DNA of 61,564 nt, the filler included, from Stramenopiles sp. TOSAG23-2 (Eukaryota), in assembly GCA_900128395.1 (NCBI GenBank). It is 3 parts of 3 records of this genome, joined end to end, with 100 filler letters (N's around TTAATTAATTAA, not from the genome) between each part and the next. Parts side by side here need not be neighbours in the genome. Positions count along the whole stretch, not along the records: positions 1 to 25,681 come from LT649448.1; positions 25,782 to 51,459 come from LT649449.1; 1 more part is not named here. The stretch is one strand, 5' to 3'. The position numbers were made by a program, and so were the translations under genes. A model generated the notes under the pieces. The model had not been told where the DNA came from, ran no database searches, and was given only the letters and a program-made list of their open reading frames with translations. Of the stretch, positions 21,486-31,895 are shown piece by piece (position 1 is the first letter of the stretch; the number at the start of each line of letters is the position of its first letter).

Positions 21486-24215
21486 ATGTTTAAATATATC
21501 TTATCCAAAAGAGTGGTGGTGAAAAATAATGCTGTATTATTTTCTCGTAATAACATTCAATTTTTTTCAACATTACAAAAAAAGAATATAAATAATCTGG
21601 TAATTGATAAAATTAAATCATTAAAACAATCTATGGATAATGCTGTTGTCGGACATACAAATGTAAAAAATGGGATATGCTTAGCATTAATTGCGAAGCA
21701 ACATGTATATATTGAAGGTCCACCAGGTAGTGCAAAAACATTATTAGCGGAAACTACTGCAAATGAAACAAATAGCAAGATATTTTTTACCCAATTACAT
21801 CGTGATACCAGAATTAATGATTTACTTGGTGATGAAATTTTGATACGGGAGACAGATGAGGAAACAGGTGGTGAAATCATAAGGCAAGCCAGTACGCGTG
21901 GTGGTATATTGGATTGCGACATAGCAGTATTGGATGATATTACACGAGCACCAGGCGAAGCATTAAATGTTTTATTCCGAGTCTTGAATGAAAGACGCTC
22001 AAATACAAATGCTATCACGTCGTCATCTTCCACTAAATTTTCTGCTATTCCCTTGAGAACTTGTATTGCTACTGGAAATCCTGCAGATACAGATAAATAT
22101 TACAATGAATCATTAGATCCTGCTTCGTTAGATAGATTCACAATTCAACTTCAACATCATGGTTTAATTGATCGTGGTATGTGGGCAGAAGCTCAGAAAG
22201 TAATTGATTTATATGACCAAGTAGTAGATTTAGAAGATGCGGACGATCATAATAATAATTCAACAAACTTAATCAACGAGGAGGATCCGAATGATGATAA
22301 TAATAATAATGAGGAAAACAACAACTTCTTACAACAATGTACGGAAGTTCACAATTCAATTTCTGTGCCATGCCATGTTAAAAATGGATTGTTAAAATTT
22401 TTACAAATATTAGTAACTGATTACAATTTAGATCATAATAATTCTATATTGTCTGATAGAACATTTTTAGTAAATGCTTTAAAAATTATAAAAGCAAATG
22501 CAATGTTGGATGGACGTGATATTTGTATAATGGAAGATTTATATTGTTTAAATTTATTAACAACATTTCGTGTACCGGTGGAGGTTCATGACCAAGTTGA
22601 TGATATTATAAAACAAATTATTCAACAGCAAGAGGAAGAAGAACAAAGTGATAGCAATAACGATGATGGAACACCGCCAACTACGTTTGGGCATAATAAT
22701 GATGATTCAAATGAAAATAAAGAAATGGCAACGAACGATGCAGACGATAATAAAAAATCGTTTTTTGATGATGATAATAAGAATAATGATGATGATCAAA
22801 TGCAAAATAATGATTCTACAATGCCACAAATGAATTCATCAACCAATGACGAAGATTATGAGGGTGGTTCAAGATCGAAAGGACAATCTGCATTATGGTC
22901 AAGAAGAGATGGCAAAGAAGATGTGGATCCATATAAAAAATCAGATAGAAATGCATTTGATCCTAGGATACCAAATAACAAAGATAATCAAAATCAACAA
23001 CCACAAAAGAAAGATATCAATTTTGATGGCCGTAACGAAACAGAGGAGGAAGATGAAAATAGGAAGAAGAAACTAAAAGCAAAAGAAACAGATAACGATG
23101 CTAACTTAACGGAACACGACAATGATTACAATTCTACTACTGTGAAAGGGATCGAACGGTTGATGGAAGGAATTAGTGGTAAAATACAATATTGTGAACA
23201 TGCACAGAAGGAGAGATCTGTGAGCGGATCACCACGGCAAACAAAATCATCAAAATCGTTAATGGATGTATTAGATAGTCATCCATCTGATCGATATTTA
23301 TGGATAAATAATTTATCCCCTCGTTTACCGCGATCATTTGAACGGATAACACGTAAACGTTCTGGATCTATTGTCATGATTCGAGATATTTCGGGTAGTA
23401 TGGTTGGTTTGCCAGCATTATGGTCAAGTGCTGTTGCTCAGAATGTGATAAACATTGCAAGAAAAAATAAAATGAATATGGGTTATTGTGAATTTAATGA
23501 GAAAGCGTATTTATATAAGAAATATGATGCTTCTATGAAAAAAAAAAATAATAATAAGGATTATGTTCGGCAATCATATCGTAATGATGAAACGTTTGAT
23601 CATGAAGATGGTATTTTTTTCACAAATGATTACCAAAATGTAACTCAATGGGCAAAACAAATACGTAGTGAAGGTACAACAAATTATTCTTCGCCATTGA
23701 AATTAGTATTGGATGAATTTGAAAATCAATTTAATTGGTATGATCATCGTCCTAGTAACAACAACAACATGATGTATGGAAGTAGCAACAACTCCAATAA
23801 TAATTCTCATATTGTCTTATTGACTGATGGTGTGCCAACAGAAGGAGATTTAAAATGTAAAGAGGAGAAGCGAAGGGCAGTTGAACTCGGTGTTAGTATA
23901 CATACCATTTTTATTGATACAGTTTGGGCCTTTGATGTACGAAGAATGTCATCAAAAAACAAAAGTAAACAAGGTAGTACGTATCCAGTTGTTTTAGATG
24001 AGCTTGCTTTACTAACGCAAGGGTTGCAATATCGTGCATCTTTAGATTCCAATGGTACTATAGATGTTTTAAAGCATGAAGCAGGTACTGATCGCTGGAG
24101 CGAAGTTGTAAGCGAAGCAAGACTACGTGGTATGGATCGTGTCGGTGTCATGGCAGGATATGGGTCTCAAAGCCCAGGATATGTAACGCATCCAGTTGTA
24201 AATAAATTTAAGTGA
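21486..24215 (+). CDS. RavA/MoxR-type AAA+ ATPase fused to a C-terminal vWA (MIDAS) domain
   Basis: Walker A GPPGSAKT, Walker B AVLDDI, ATGN, SLDRF, SDRT...IIKANAMLDGR; acidic/Asn linker; DISGS, GTTN and LLTDG MIDAS residues. Confidence 0.88.
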   Translation: MFKYILSKRVVVKNNAVLFSRNNIQFFSTLQKKNINNLVIDKIKSLKQSMDNAVVGHTNVKNGICLALIAKQHVYIEGPPGSAKTLLAETTANETNSKIFFTQLHRDTRINDLLGDEILIRETDEETGGEIIRQASTRGGILDCDIAVLDDITRAPGEALNVLFRVLNERRSNTNAITSSSSTKFSAIPLRTCIATGNPADTDKYYNESLDPASLDRFTIQLQHHGLIDRGMWAEAQKVIDLYDQVVDLEDADDHNNNSTNLINEEDPNDDNNNNEENNNFLQQCTEVHNSISVPCHVKNGLLKFLQILVTDYNLDHNNSILSDRTFLVNALKIIKANAMLDGRDICIMEDLYCLNLLTTFRVPVEVHDQVDDIIKQIIQQQEEEEQSDSNNDDGTPPTTFGHNNDDSNENKEMATNDADDNKKSFFDDDNKNNDDDQMQNNDSTMPQMNSSTNDEDYEGGSRSKGQSALWSRRDGKEDVDPYKKSDRNAFDPRIPNNKDNQNQQPQKKDINFDGRNETEEEDENRKKKLKAKETDNDANLTEHDNDYNSTTVKGIERLMEGISGKIQYCEHAQKERSVSGSPRQTKSSKSLMDVLDSHPSDRYLWINNLSPRLPRSFERITRKRSGSIVMIRDISGSMVGLPALWSSAVAQNVINIARKNKMNMGYCEFNEKAYLYKKYDASMKKKNNNKDYVRQSYRNDETFDHEDGIFFTNDYQNVTQWAKQIRSEGTTNYSSPLKLVLDEFENQFNWYDHRPSNNNNMMYGSSNNSNNNSHIVLLTDGVPTEGDLKCKEEKRRAVELGVSIHTIFIDTVWAFDVRRMSSKNKSKQGSTYPVVLDELALLTQGLQYRASLDSNGTIDVLKHEAGTDRWSEVVSEARLRGMDRVGVMAGYGSQSPGYVTHPVVNKFK

Positions 24216-24484
24216 GAGAGAAATTTTTGTTGTGTTGTTATATAAAAATATAAAATGTACGAATATTGTATCTCTCATATCATATTAAATATCATATGAT
24301 ATACGACGTAAATATTATTAAAGTTATAATGTTTTATAAAAAAAAATACGAGGTCGTATATTAAAATACGAACGTAAAATTAAAAAAAAGATATTATATA
24401 GAATTTATGCAATTAGAATCACATTACTGCAAGTATATAATACCTAATCCAGCTATACCTGGTAATCTAAAATTACGTGTAATT

Positions 24485-24542
24485 TTCTCTGGACACCAGT
24501 AGATCTTCCAGGTCCAAATTTACGTTTTCCCAGGAAGACATA
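24485..24542 (-). mobile_element. Copy A of a ~56-bp dispersed element
   Basis: Reverse complement reads TATGTCTTCCTGGGAAAACGTAAATTTGGACCTGGAAGATCTACTGGTGTCCAGAGAA, matching copies at 35534 and 59184. Confidence 0.7.
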
Positions 24543-25681
24543 ATCTATTATTTATACCTCAAGAATTTTCTATATAGGGGGTATAACTTAATTAGTATAT
24601 ATTATTTCTATACTTATACTTAATTATGGAAATCGATTTCTAGATTCTATAGACCAACATTCAACCCTCGATAAAATATCCACGCTAATATGGAAATACC
24701 AGGTACCATGTAAAATAAAAAAATGACCAACACGAATATATAATGGTATACACCACATAGTATATATTTATTTATAAAATCAATTTTCAAAGAGTAATCA
24801 TGATGATGATAATACCTTGGTATGATGATGAAAATGATTTAGAAAAATTACATTTTTTTTTTTTGGTAAAGTAAATTCGCCTTATAACAGCACACTATTG
24901 ACTTTGATGGGTATGCATACTTTTTATCTCTTTTCTAGTCATTTTGTAAGGAATAAAAGTGGAAAAGATGTTCGCGGTCGATTTTTTTAGAAATTTTTGC
25001 AAAAAAAATAGCGGTCGTAATTTTTTCTGTAGTTGCCCTGCTATTCCCATGGTAGCTGAATTAATCACACATACCATGGAAATAGCATTATCACGATTTA
25101 AGGTTGAAACTTGATATTTCTGGATATTTTTGGAAATTTTTCGTTCTTTTTGGGGCAGATGGGCTTTTAAAGTTTTCATTGCGACATAATGCAGCCCATT
25201 TGGGGCAGTAGATCGTTCACAATATCGAAAAAACCGGTTTCGGAAGGAAATGACGGTTGTACTCTTAGACTATATGATTGTAAGTACGTGTAAATGTATA
25301 CTCGTTTGTCTTATCCTATCAAGTCGTGCTTATTCGTACTCTTTTCCCTATCTTCTTCCTATCAAACATCGTAGTTCAAAATCACTGAATGTCCTCCCGA
25401 AATTAGTCCAGATAATTCTCTCTGCTAGGTCCTTTAGTTACAATTTTTCCGGAAATTTCATATATATACACTTTCGGAAATTAGCATAAGAATAGCATTG
25501 TTAAATGCACACAGTACATGCTATAATATATGAGTCACACAGCCACAGCGCCACATGGGACAATTATTTTATAGCTGACACATCATCATTATTATCCAAA
25601 ATTAATAATTATTAAAAAAAATGAATTTTGAAAAAAAATCAAAAAGTTAAAGAGGTGACACTAACAGGCACATATACGCCA

Positions 25682-25781
25682 NNNNNNNNNNNNNNNNNNN
25701 NNNNNNNNNNNNNNNNNNNNNNNNNTTAATTAATTAANNNNNNNNNNNNNNNNNNNNNNNNNNNNNNNNNNNNNNNNNNNN
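25682..25781. other. Artificial contig-joining linker (N44-TTAATTAATTAA-N44)
   Basis: 100-bp N block with a central six-frame stop spacer at 25726-25737; identical layout at 51460-51559. Confidence 0.95.
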
Positions 25782-26480
25782 AATTTAATCATATTTTTTC
25801 TTTTGTTTAAATTTCGAAACTTTTATTGTGTAACTACAATTATGATGGATATATGTTTTAATTATTATATTGAATTTCTGTTTCATTTCGAAGGATAGAT
25901 ATCTTTCATTTTTACATTAACATATGTACCATTATTATATACGCCTCGTAGTAGATGACCATTTATATATGTATAGTGCTATAATAAATTCTTTCAATAA
26001 TAATATAAGCCACCAGGGAAGCACGCATACAGTATTAATAATAATAATAATAATCAAATAAATAATACTGTAATTAAAATTAGACCTTAAAATCTCTTTT
26101 AGACATGCCTTTTATATAGGGCATAGTGTACTACTCTACTGTATACTGTACTGTACTGCAGTGGTGTCATTTACAGGCGTGGCTTTTCCAGCTTCCATAT
26201 CCTTAAATTCGATATACAGATTTTTCGACAAAAAACGTTACCTAGCAACAACTGTATGAGTACATCATTACGTACTGTATGAGCACTTGCTGTAGCTCTA
26301 GCGGTTAGCGACAATAGCACAATACGTTTGATATCTATCTATATAAGTTACCATCGGTGTTATTATTTATTGAAACAGTAGTAAATGTCACTAATCACTC
26401 ACACGCACACACATCGTATGAAATTTAATTCAAGTCTAGCACGAAGGCAATATTTATGAAGCCATCGCCTTCGTTTTTGA

Positions 26481-26846
26481 TCATGTACTCTCATACATGC
26501 TATCAGTTGCATCCTTTATATCATTACCAATAAAAAATTTCTTTTGTTTCGTCGGTTGAAATTTATAAAAATCCTTTTCATAATATCTACGATCATCAAT
26601 TTTATATTTTTTTAACGATTTTACTAAAAATATCGATGAACCTATATATTCATCAAAGTAAACATGTCGTTTCAATGGAAAACAAGGTTTACTTCGAACT
26701 GCATCCAATTTCTTTATTGTAAATGGATACTTCTTAATTAAAACTAAAGTCTCAGCTTTTCTATATGCAAATCGAGATTTTTCTATCGTTTTTCTAATCG
26801 ACAATACAGAGTCTTGTAATGACGTCCTGTGTGACATCTTGTTCAT
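26481..26846 (-). CDS. Hypothetical basic protein
   Basis: 121-aa ATG ORF in an otherwise empty region; no motif recognised. Confidence 0.4.
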   Translation of the reverse strand: MNKMSHRTSLQDSVLSIRKTIEKSRFAYRKAETLVLIKKYPFTIKKLDAVRSKPCFPLKRHVYFDEYIGSSIFLVKSLKKYKIDDRRYYEKDFYKFQPTKQKKFFIGNDIKDATDSMYEST

Positions 26847-27230
26847 AAACTGAATATCATATGTTTTGTAATTTAATGCTAAGATGATAAAAATATTTTA
26901 TTATTAGAGAGAGAAAATAATAGTAAAATAGTGAAATATCTAGAGATATATGATTACAAATAATTTTAAACACATTAATTTTATTAAATTCTCAATATTT
27001 GTCTTTGAGATATGTATTTAGTCTCATAGATTAAAATAAAATGTGTGCGGGTTGTAATTTTGGTATTTTAATAAATATTAATATGTTCTTTGGTTAAATA
27101 TATTCAAACGGTTCGTTTTTTCTTCTAATAATTTATTAATAAGACAATAGCATTACGAAATTAAAGCATTATTAATTTAAAAATTTCTCACACACCCACA
27201 TCAGACCTCTTTTTCTCTTTTTCTCTCTCT

Positions 27231-30200
27231 TTAATATCTTTCTTTATCCCATGTATAATCATTAGCAAATGGTGCACTACTCACACCGCCTTTTTGATTT
27301 TGATTGTTATACGATGCTGACATCTTTCTCCAATCACCAGGCGACCAATTATCAGCATCTACCTCTCTTTGAAAATTATTATTGTTATTGTTACCACCTT
27401 GTTGTTGTTGATAATATGGTGATTGAGCATATTGTTGTTGTTGCTGTTGACTATATGGTTGTGGTTGGTTATATTGTTGATTGTAACTACCACCATACTG
27501 CTGCTGCTGCTGTTGTCCATAATCCTGTTGCTTCCCATATTGATATTGTTGTTGTTGTTCCTGATTATACTGGTATTGTGGAGGAGGTTGTAATTGTTGT
27601 TGACATTGTTGTGGTGCATAACCTTGTTGGTATTTTTGTGGTGGAAGATTATACTGTTGTTGCTGCATCATCGAATCATGATTAGCAACTGCACGCGATA
27701 AAGGAGAAACCTGTTCATTGTTCATCATATTATTACCATCATCACTTTCTAATTGCAATTTTTCCAATTGTTTCTTCCTACGCCTTTCTGCTTCAGCTGC
27801 TCTTTCTGCTTCTCTTCTTGCTTGACCAGCTTTTCTTTCTTGCCGAATTAAAACAGCTTTTTTCTGAGCTAATCGTTTTTTCAAACCAACTTTTGATGCA
27901 GCAGTAGTAGCATTTGCAATTTCAATCTCTAACGCCTCTATTTCATCATGAAGTGACCCACCCCCTCCACTTCTACTTGAAGATTGCTTCTTCCTAAGGG
28001 CAGCTTGCTCTTTTTCAATTTGTTTTTGTCGCCTTTCCCTCGCTAATTGATGTCGTGACTTTGCAGGTTTTTTATTCACTTGTTTAAATAACGATGCTTG
28101 TTGCCGTGTGGCTGTGTGAGAAGCTGTACCATTTTCCTTGTTTCCGCTTGAAACATCTGAATTCCTACTATCTGAACGATAATCACTGCGGGTTGCCATT
28201 ATTTTACGTACAGCATCGCGATCTTGCAATCGCATAGCTTCATTTATATCTCCACCATATGGAAGATCTTCCTCTACAACGTTGACATAATCAATACCCG
28301 TATTATTGCTACTACCATTATTATTGTTGTTATTATTATTCGATGAACCTTCAAGATAATAACCAACGCCTAAGTGCCCATTCTTAAATGCATAACCATC
28401 TTTTAAACCAGTAAAATCTTCTGACGGTATAAATGCTTCACCTGCATTGTAATTATTTTGTGAACTTGGTAATGTTATATTTTGCACATTGAAAGAGCGA
28501 GAATTGATTTTCATATTACTATCATTATTGTTGGAATGTATATGTTCTTCTACTATATCATTTTGAGTTTGAACATTGTTGTAATCATCATCATAAGTAT
28601 TATCATCGTCTACATCTGCTACGTAATCTCTTCTCAATTCAGGAACATCCGATGAGTAGCCTTTCTTTTTCAACAATTTTTTCAATTGTCGTTTTTTAAC
28701 ATTAATATGTAAGCTTACATCATTGAATATAATTGATTTCAATTTTCTATACACATGAGGTGGTGCCAATGGAAGTTTTTTCTTGTTGTTGCTATTTCTA
28801 TTATTTTGAAATACCATTCTTCCTTGTCGATGAGAATCATTTTCAATTAGTTGATGTATATCAGCTTCAACCCATTGCTGATCTACAGACGATACATTAT
28901 TATTATTGTTTTCCTCCTTGTTACCCCACCAAGCTATATTTTCCTGTGGATATGTTTGCAATCGTTTCTCTTGCCTTGGATCTCGTCCAAGGCGACCACG
29001 AAATTTTTTCAACAATTCTTTATGCTTTGTTGCTAGTCTCTTAAACGCCGCCCGTTCCGATAAGCGATGCTGCTTTTCAATTTCTTTTTCAGTAGGTGCT
29101 TTCGCCCATTCAGTATGGGCCGCTCCATGGCCAAATGTATTACCATTACTAAGCAATTTATCTTTCTCTCGAGCATTCATTACTTTCATTTTCCTAGCTT
29201 CTTTTGAAACTTGAACTACACCAACACGCACCGTCCGTACATTTCCACCTTCAATATGGGAACTTTTTGACTCTTTGTTAGTCTCTTTTTTTGATTGCCC
29301 ATCCATTACACAAGCATGGCGCAACGTATTTAAAGAATGTTCCGTATCTTTACTAGATGGACTTACTGTGGCTATTACAACAGTTTTTGCGGATGGAAGA
29401 ATAAATGACATTTTTAATGCCATAGTAAGCTTACTTTTTCTATATATGTGACTAGCATTTTTCCCGGCTGCTTTTGCATGTACACATTGCTTCAACGCCA
29501 TCAACGATGCGTTGATTTGACCACCCTCCTTTCGCAATTTAGCAGTATGATACATCGAATCTATACGATGTTCTGATCCTGCTAAATCTACTAAGGTCAA
29601 GACGCCTTCTTCCTCACGGTTGCCTGGGAAACCTCCTCCTCCACCACCACTTTGAATGTATATACGCAAAATAGCATGGCTTCTGCTAGAAGCATCGTGA
29701 ACACCAGTTGCTTCTGTTGTACGAATTCCACATCCGTGATTGATCATGGCCAATAAATCATCAGCATTTGCAACTACAGGTTCAACCACTGGAAATGCAT
29801 GTACACTCTCATCCTTCCCAGTCAATAGCTGTGTCGACTTAAAACCATTAAATAAATCATTGCATTTATCACCAGCAATTTCAACGAAAGAAACAGAAAC
29901 AGTTTGACCTTCCTTTAAAGAATCAAACAATTCAAACGCAGCACGTTCATAGATAGAGGTCATTGTATACGTTTTTCCGCTACCTGTTTGACCATACATT
30001 AAACAAGTTGCAAATCCCCCTTCTAATGCTACTTTTACCAATGGTGCAGCAGTATCTAGGTACACTTCATCATTATTAGCTTTTGCAGTAAAAACACGGT
30101 CAAAAATAAATTCATGATGATTCATTAACTGTCGACGCATATCTGCATGCATTCGTGCATCATGTACAGTGATTAATTTATTGTGTGTCACCGTCAACAC

Positions 30201-30434
30201 ATCGAATTCTTTTCCTTGTATTTCAGGCTTAAAGATCGGTCTTTTTCTGACACAAACCTTTAACGCACCTTCGTCCCATTCTTTTTCACCTTCCTCGCCT
30301 AGATATGCCCATTGTTCTGCAACTCTTGCTGATGTTCTGTAACGTTTTACGGCACCTCTAAAAGCATCACGATAAGTTCGTCTTGCAGTACGCTTGTCTA
30401 AATTTCTGACTGGATTTGATTCTGCAGCACCCAT
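27231..30434 (-). CDS. Kinesin-13-like motor protein with long low-complexity/coiled-coil tail
   Basis: KVCVRKRP, FIFDRVF, YGQTGSGKTYTM, SSRSHAI, LVDLAGSE, INASLMALKQC, EHSLNTLRHA; Q/Y-rich C-terminus. Confidence 0.92.
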   Translation of the reverse strand: MGAAESNPVRNLDKRTARRTYRDAFRGAVKRYRTSARVAEQWAYLGEEGEKEWDEGALKVCVRKRPIFKPEIQGKEFDVLTVTHNKLITVHDARMHADMRRQLMNHHEFIFDRVFTAKANNDEVYLDTAAPLVKVALEGGFATCLMYGQTGSGKTYTMTSIYERAAFELFDSLKEGQTVSVSFVEIAGDKCNDLFNGFKSTQLLTGKDESVHAFPVVEPVVANADDLLAMINHGCGIRTTEATGVHDASSRSHAILRIYIQSGGGGGGFPGNREEEGVLTLVDLAGSEHRIDSMYHTAKLRKEGGQINASLMALKQCVHAKAAGKNASHIYRKSKLTMALKMSFILPSAKTVVIATVSPSSKDTEHSLNTLRHACVMDGQSKKETNKESKSSHIEGGNVRTVRVGVVQVSKEARKMKVMNAREKDKLLSNGNTFGHGAAHTEWAKAPTEKEIEKQHRLSERAAFKRLATKHKELLKKFRGRLGRDPRQEKRLQTYPQENIAWWGNKEENNNNNVSSVDQQWVEADIHQLIENDSHRQGRMVFQNNRNSNNKKKLPLAPPHVYRKLKSIIFNDVSLHINVKKRQLKKLLKKKGYSSDVPELRRDYVADVDDDNTYDDDYNNVQTQNDIVEEHIHSNNNDSNMKINSRSFNVQNITLPSSQNNYNAGEAFIPSEDFTGLKDGYAFKNGHLGVGYYLEGSSNNNNNNNNGSSNNTGIDYVNVVEEDLPYGGDINEAMRLQDRDAVRKIMATRSDYRSDSRNSDVSSGNKENGTASHTATRQQASLFKQVNKKPAKSRHQLARERRQKQIEKEQAALRKKQSSSRSGGGGSLHDEIEALEIEIANATTAASKVGLKKRLAQKKAVLIRQERKAGQARREAERAAEAERRRKKQLEKLQLESDDGNNMMNNEQVSPLSRAVANHDSMMQQQQYNLPPQKYQQGYAPQQCQQQLQPPPQYQYNQEQQQQYQYGKQQDYGQQQQQQYGGSYNQQYNQPQPYSQQQQQQYAQSPYYQQQQGGNNNNNNFQREVDADNWSPGDWRKMSASYNNQNQKGGVSSAPFANDYTWDKERY

Positions 30435-31333
30435 CGCTTGTATTTAATGTGTGCTCGTTCGTTCCTTCCTATAATATGAGAATGAATGATAAATATAATG
30501 ATTGTCTTAATTATTTCTGTATGATTTTTGTTTCCATTTTCTTTGAATATATTATTAAATATTTTTTTTATTAAACTGTGGTACGTGCGTACTACGTACT
30601 CATTAGTACAGTAACAATTGAATCAGAGTTTTCTGATGATTGAAATATGTACCCTGGTGGTACTGCACTTCGAACTGTAATAAATATAATGAAATAACGG
30701 CAGGCACAGTAATAATGGTGTGGGAAGGCATTTTTCAATTTTAATCCTATGTACCTGCTATTTTCGTGTTTTTGACGGGCCAAATAGCACGTACACATTG
30801 CAGTATTTATTTTTAGAATTATTGAACTGTGTACTCGACTACTATCCTGGTGTAGGATTTTACATATGTACATGTTTAGTGATTTTTGTACATACTATTT
30901 ATATATTTATGTATATATATATATATAAATATATAACAAAACGTAATATAATGGATGTAATTAACATCAATTAACAACTTTACATTACAGATCGTTTAGA
31001 ACGAGAAAGAGAAAAAAGAGAAAAAAGAAGAAAATTAAATTTGTTTAATATCTCAATTAGTATGGAAATAGCATGGAGTGATCTAGATCGTTTTAAAAAA
31101 TACTACATCTATAAAACCTGGTATATACTGTAGTAGACGACTATTACCTGGTAAGAAGGTACAATAATACACTGTAAACTGGTAAAGATGCTAAACCTCT
31201 GAACTGTTGCTGGTAATAATAAAGCATGCAACTAAACTTTCCATCTCACAGTAGCAAGTAGTTGTTTTTTTAAAATACAATACAAATAAATATAATTTAG
31301 ATGACGACCTGAATAATTCTTTCTACACAAACA

Positions 31334-31660
31334 ATGAAAACAATAACAACCACTATCAAGATGCCACGGGTAAATTCAACATCTTCGTCTTCGTCTTCTT
31401 CGTCCTCGCCAAAAAAATATAACAATAGTCGGCATTGGACATTTAATAAAAAAGTTACGGAAGAGACAATTTATTTATCAAGAAATTTGAAAGAATTTGA
31501 AAAAATAATACTCCAACAGATTTTAAACGAGGAGATATCACCAAAGCAACACCCAGAAAAGAAACAGCTGGAATTTTTGAGAAATGTAATATATGTTGAA
31601 AAAAGTATAGAAAAACAACGAAGTACACATGACAAGCTTCAAGAGATGATGACAGAATAA
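31334..31660 (+). CDS. Hypothetical protein
   Basis: 108-aa ORF with Ser run and coiled-coil-like end, good ACAAACAATG start context. Confidence 0.45.
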   Translation: MKTITTTIKMPRVNSTSSSSSSSSSPKKYNNSRHWTFNKKVTEETIYLSRNLKEFEKIILQQILNEEISPKQHPEKKQLEFLRNVIYVEKSIEKQRSTHDKLQEMMTE

Positions 31661-31895
31661 ATACAGAATGGTGGTCAAAGTTTGTAAATATATATTTTTT
31701 AAATTTTGTCATATTTATTTTGATAAAATAGAGGGACGAGTGTTCGTATAATACTACGTATAAAATTGTAATACATTACATTATATATATATACGTTCGT
31801 ATATATAGTTGATAAATTTAGATGTATATTATATTATACATTTTTCCAGATACACTCATATAACATATGATATATGTTATCTTTTAGAGAAAAAT

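Noticed and set aside
21486-24215. Alternative call as magnesium chelatase subunit D (AAA + acidic linker + vWA)
   Set aside because: Walker A context GPPGxAK and the SDR...A...GR helix fit RavA/MoxR better, and there is no poly-Pro linker; not formally excluded without a phylogeny
24895-25489. Two short ORFs in a gene-free stretch before the contig end, possible transposon remnant
   Set aside because: No transposase or RT motifs and no terminal repeats found
25682-25781. TTAATTAATTAA palindrome inside N runs, seen twice
   Set aside because: Identical 100-bp layout with stops in all six frames indicates a synthetic contig linker, not biology
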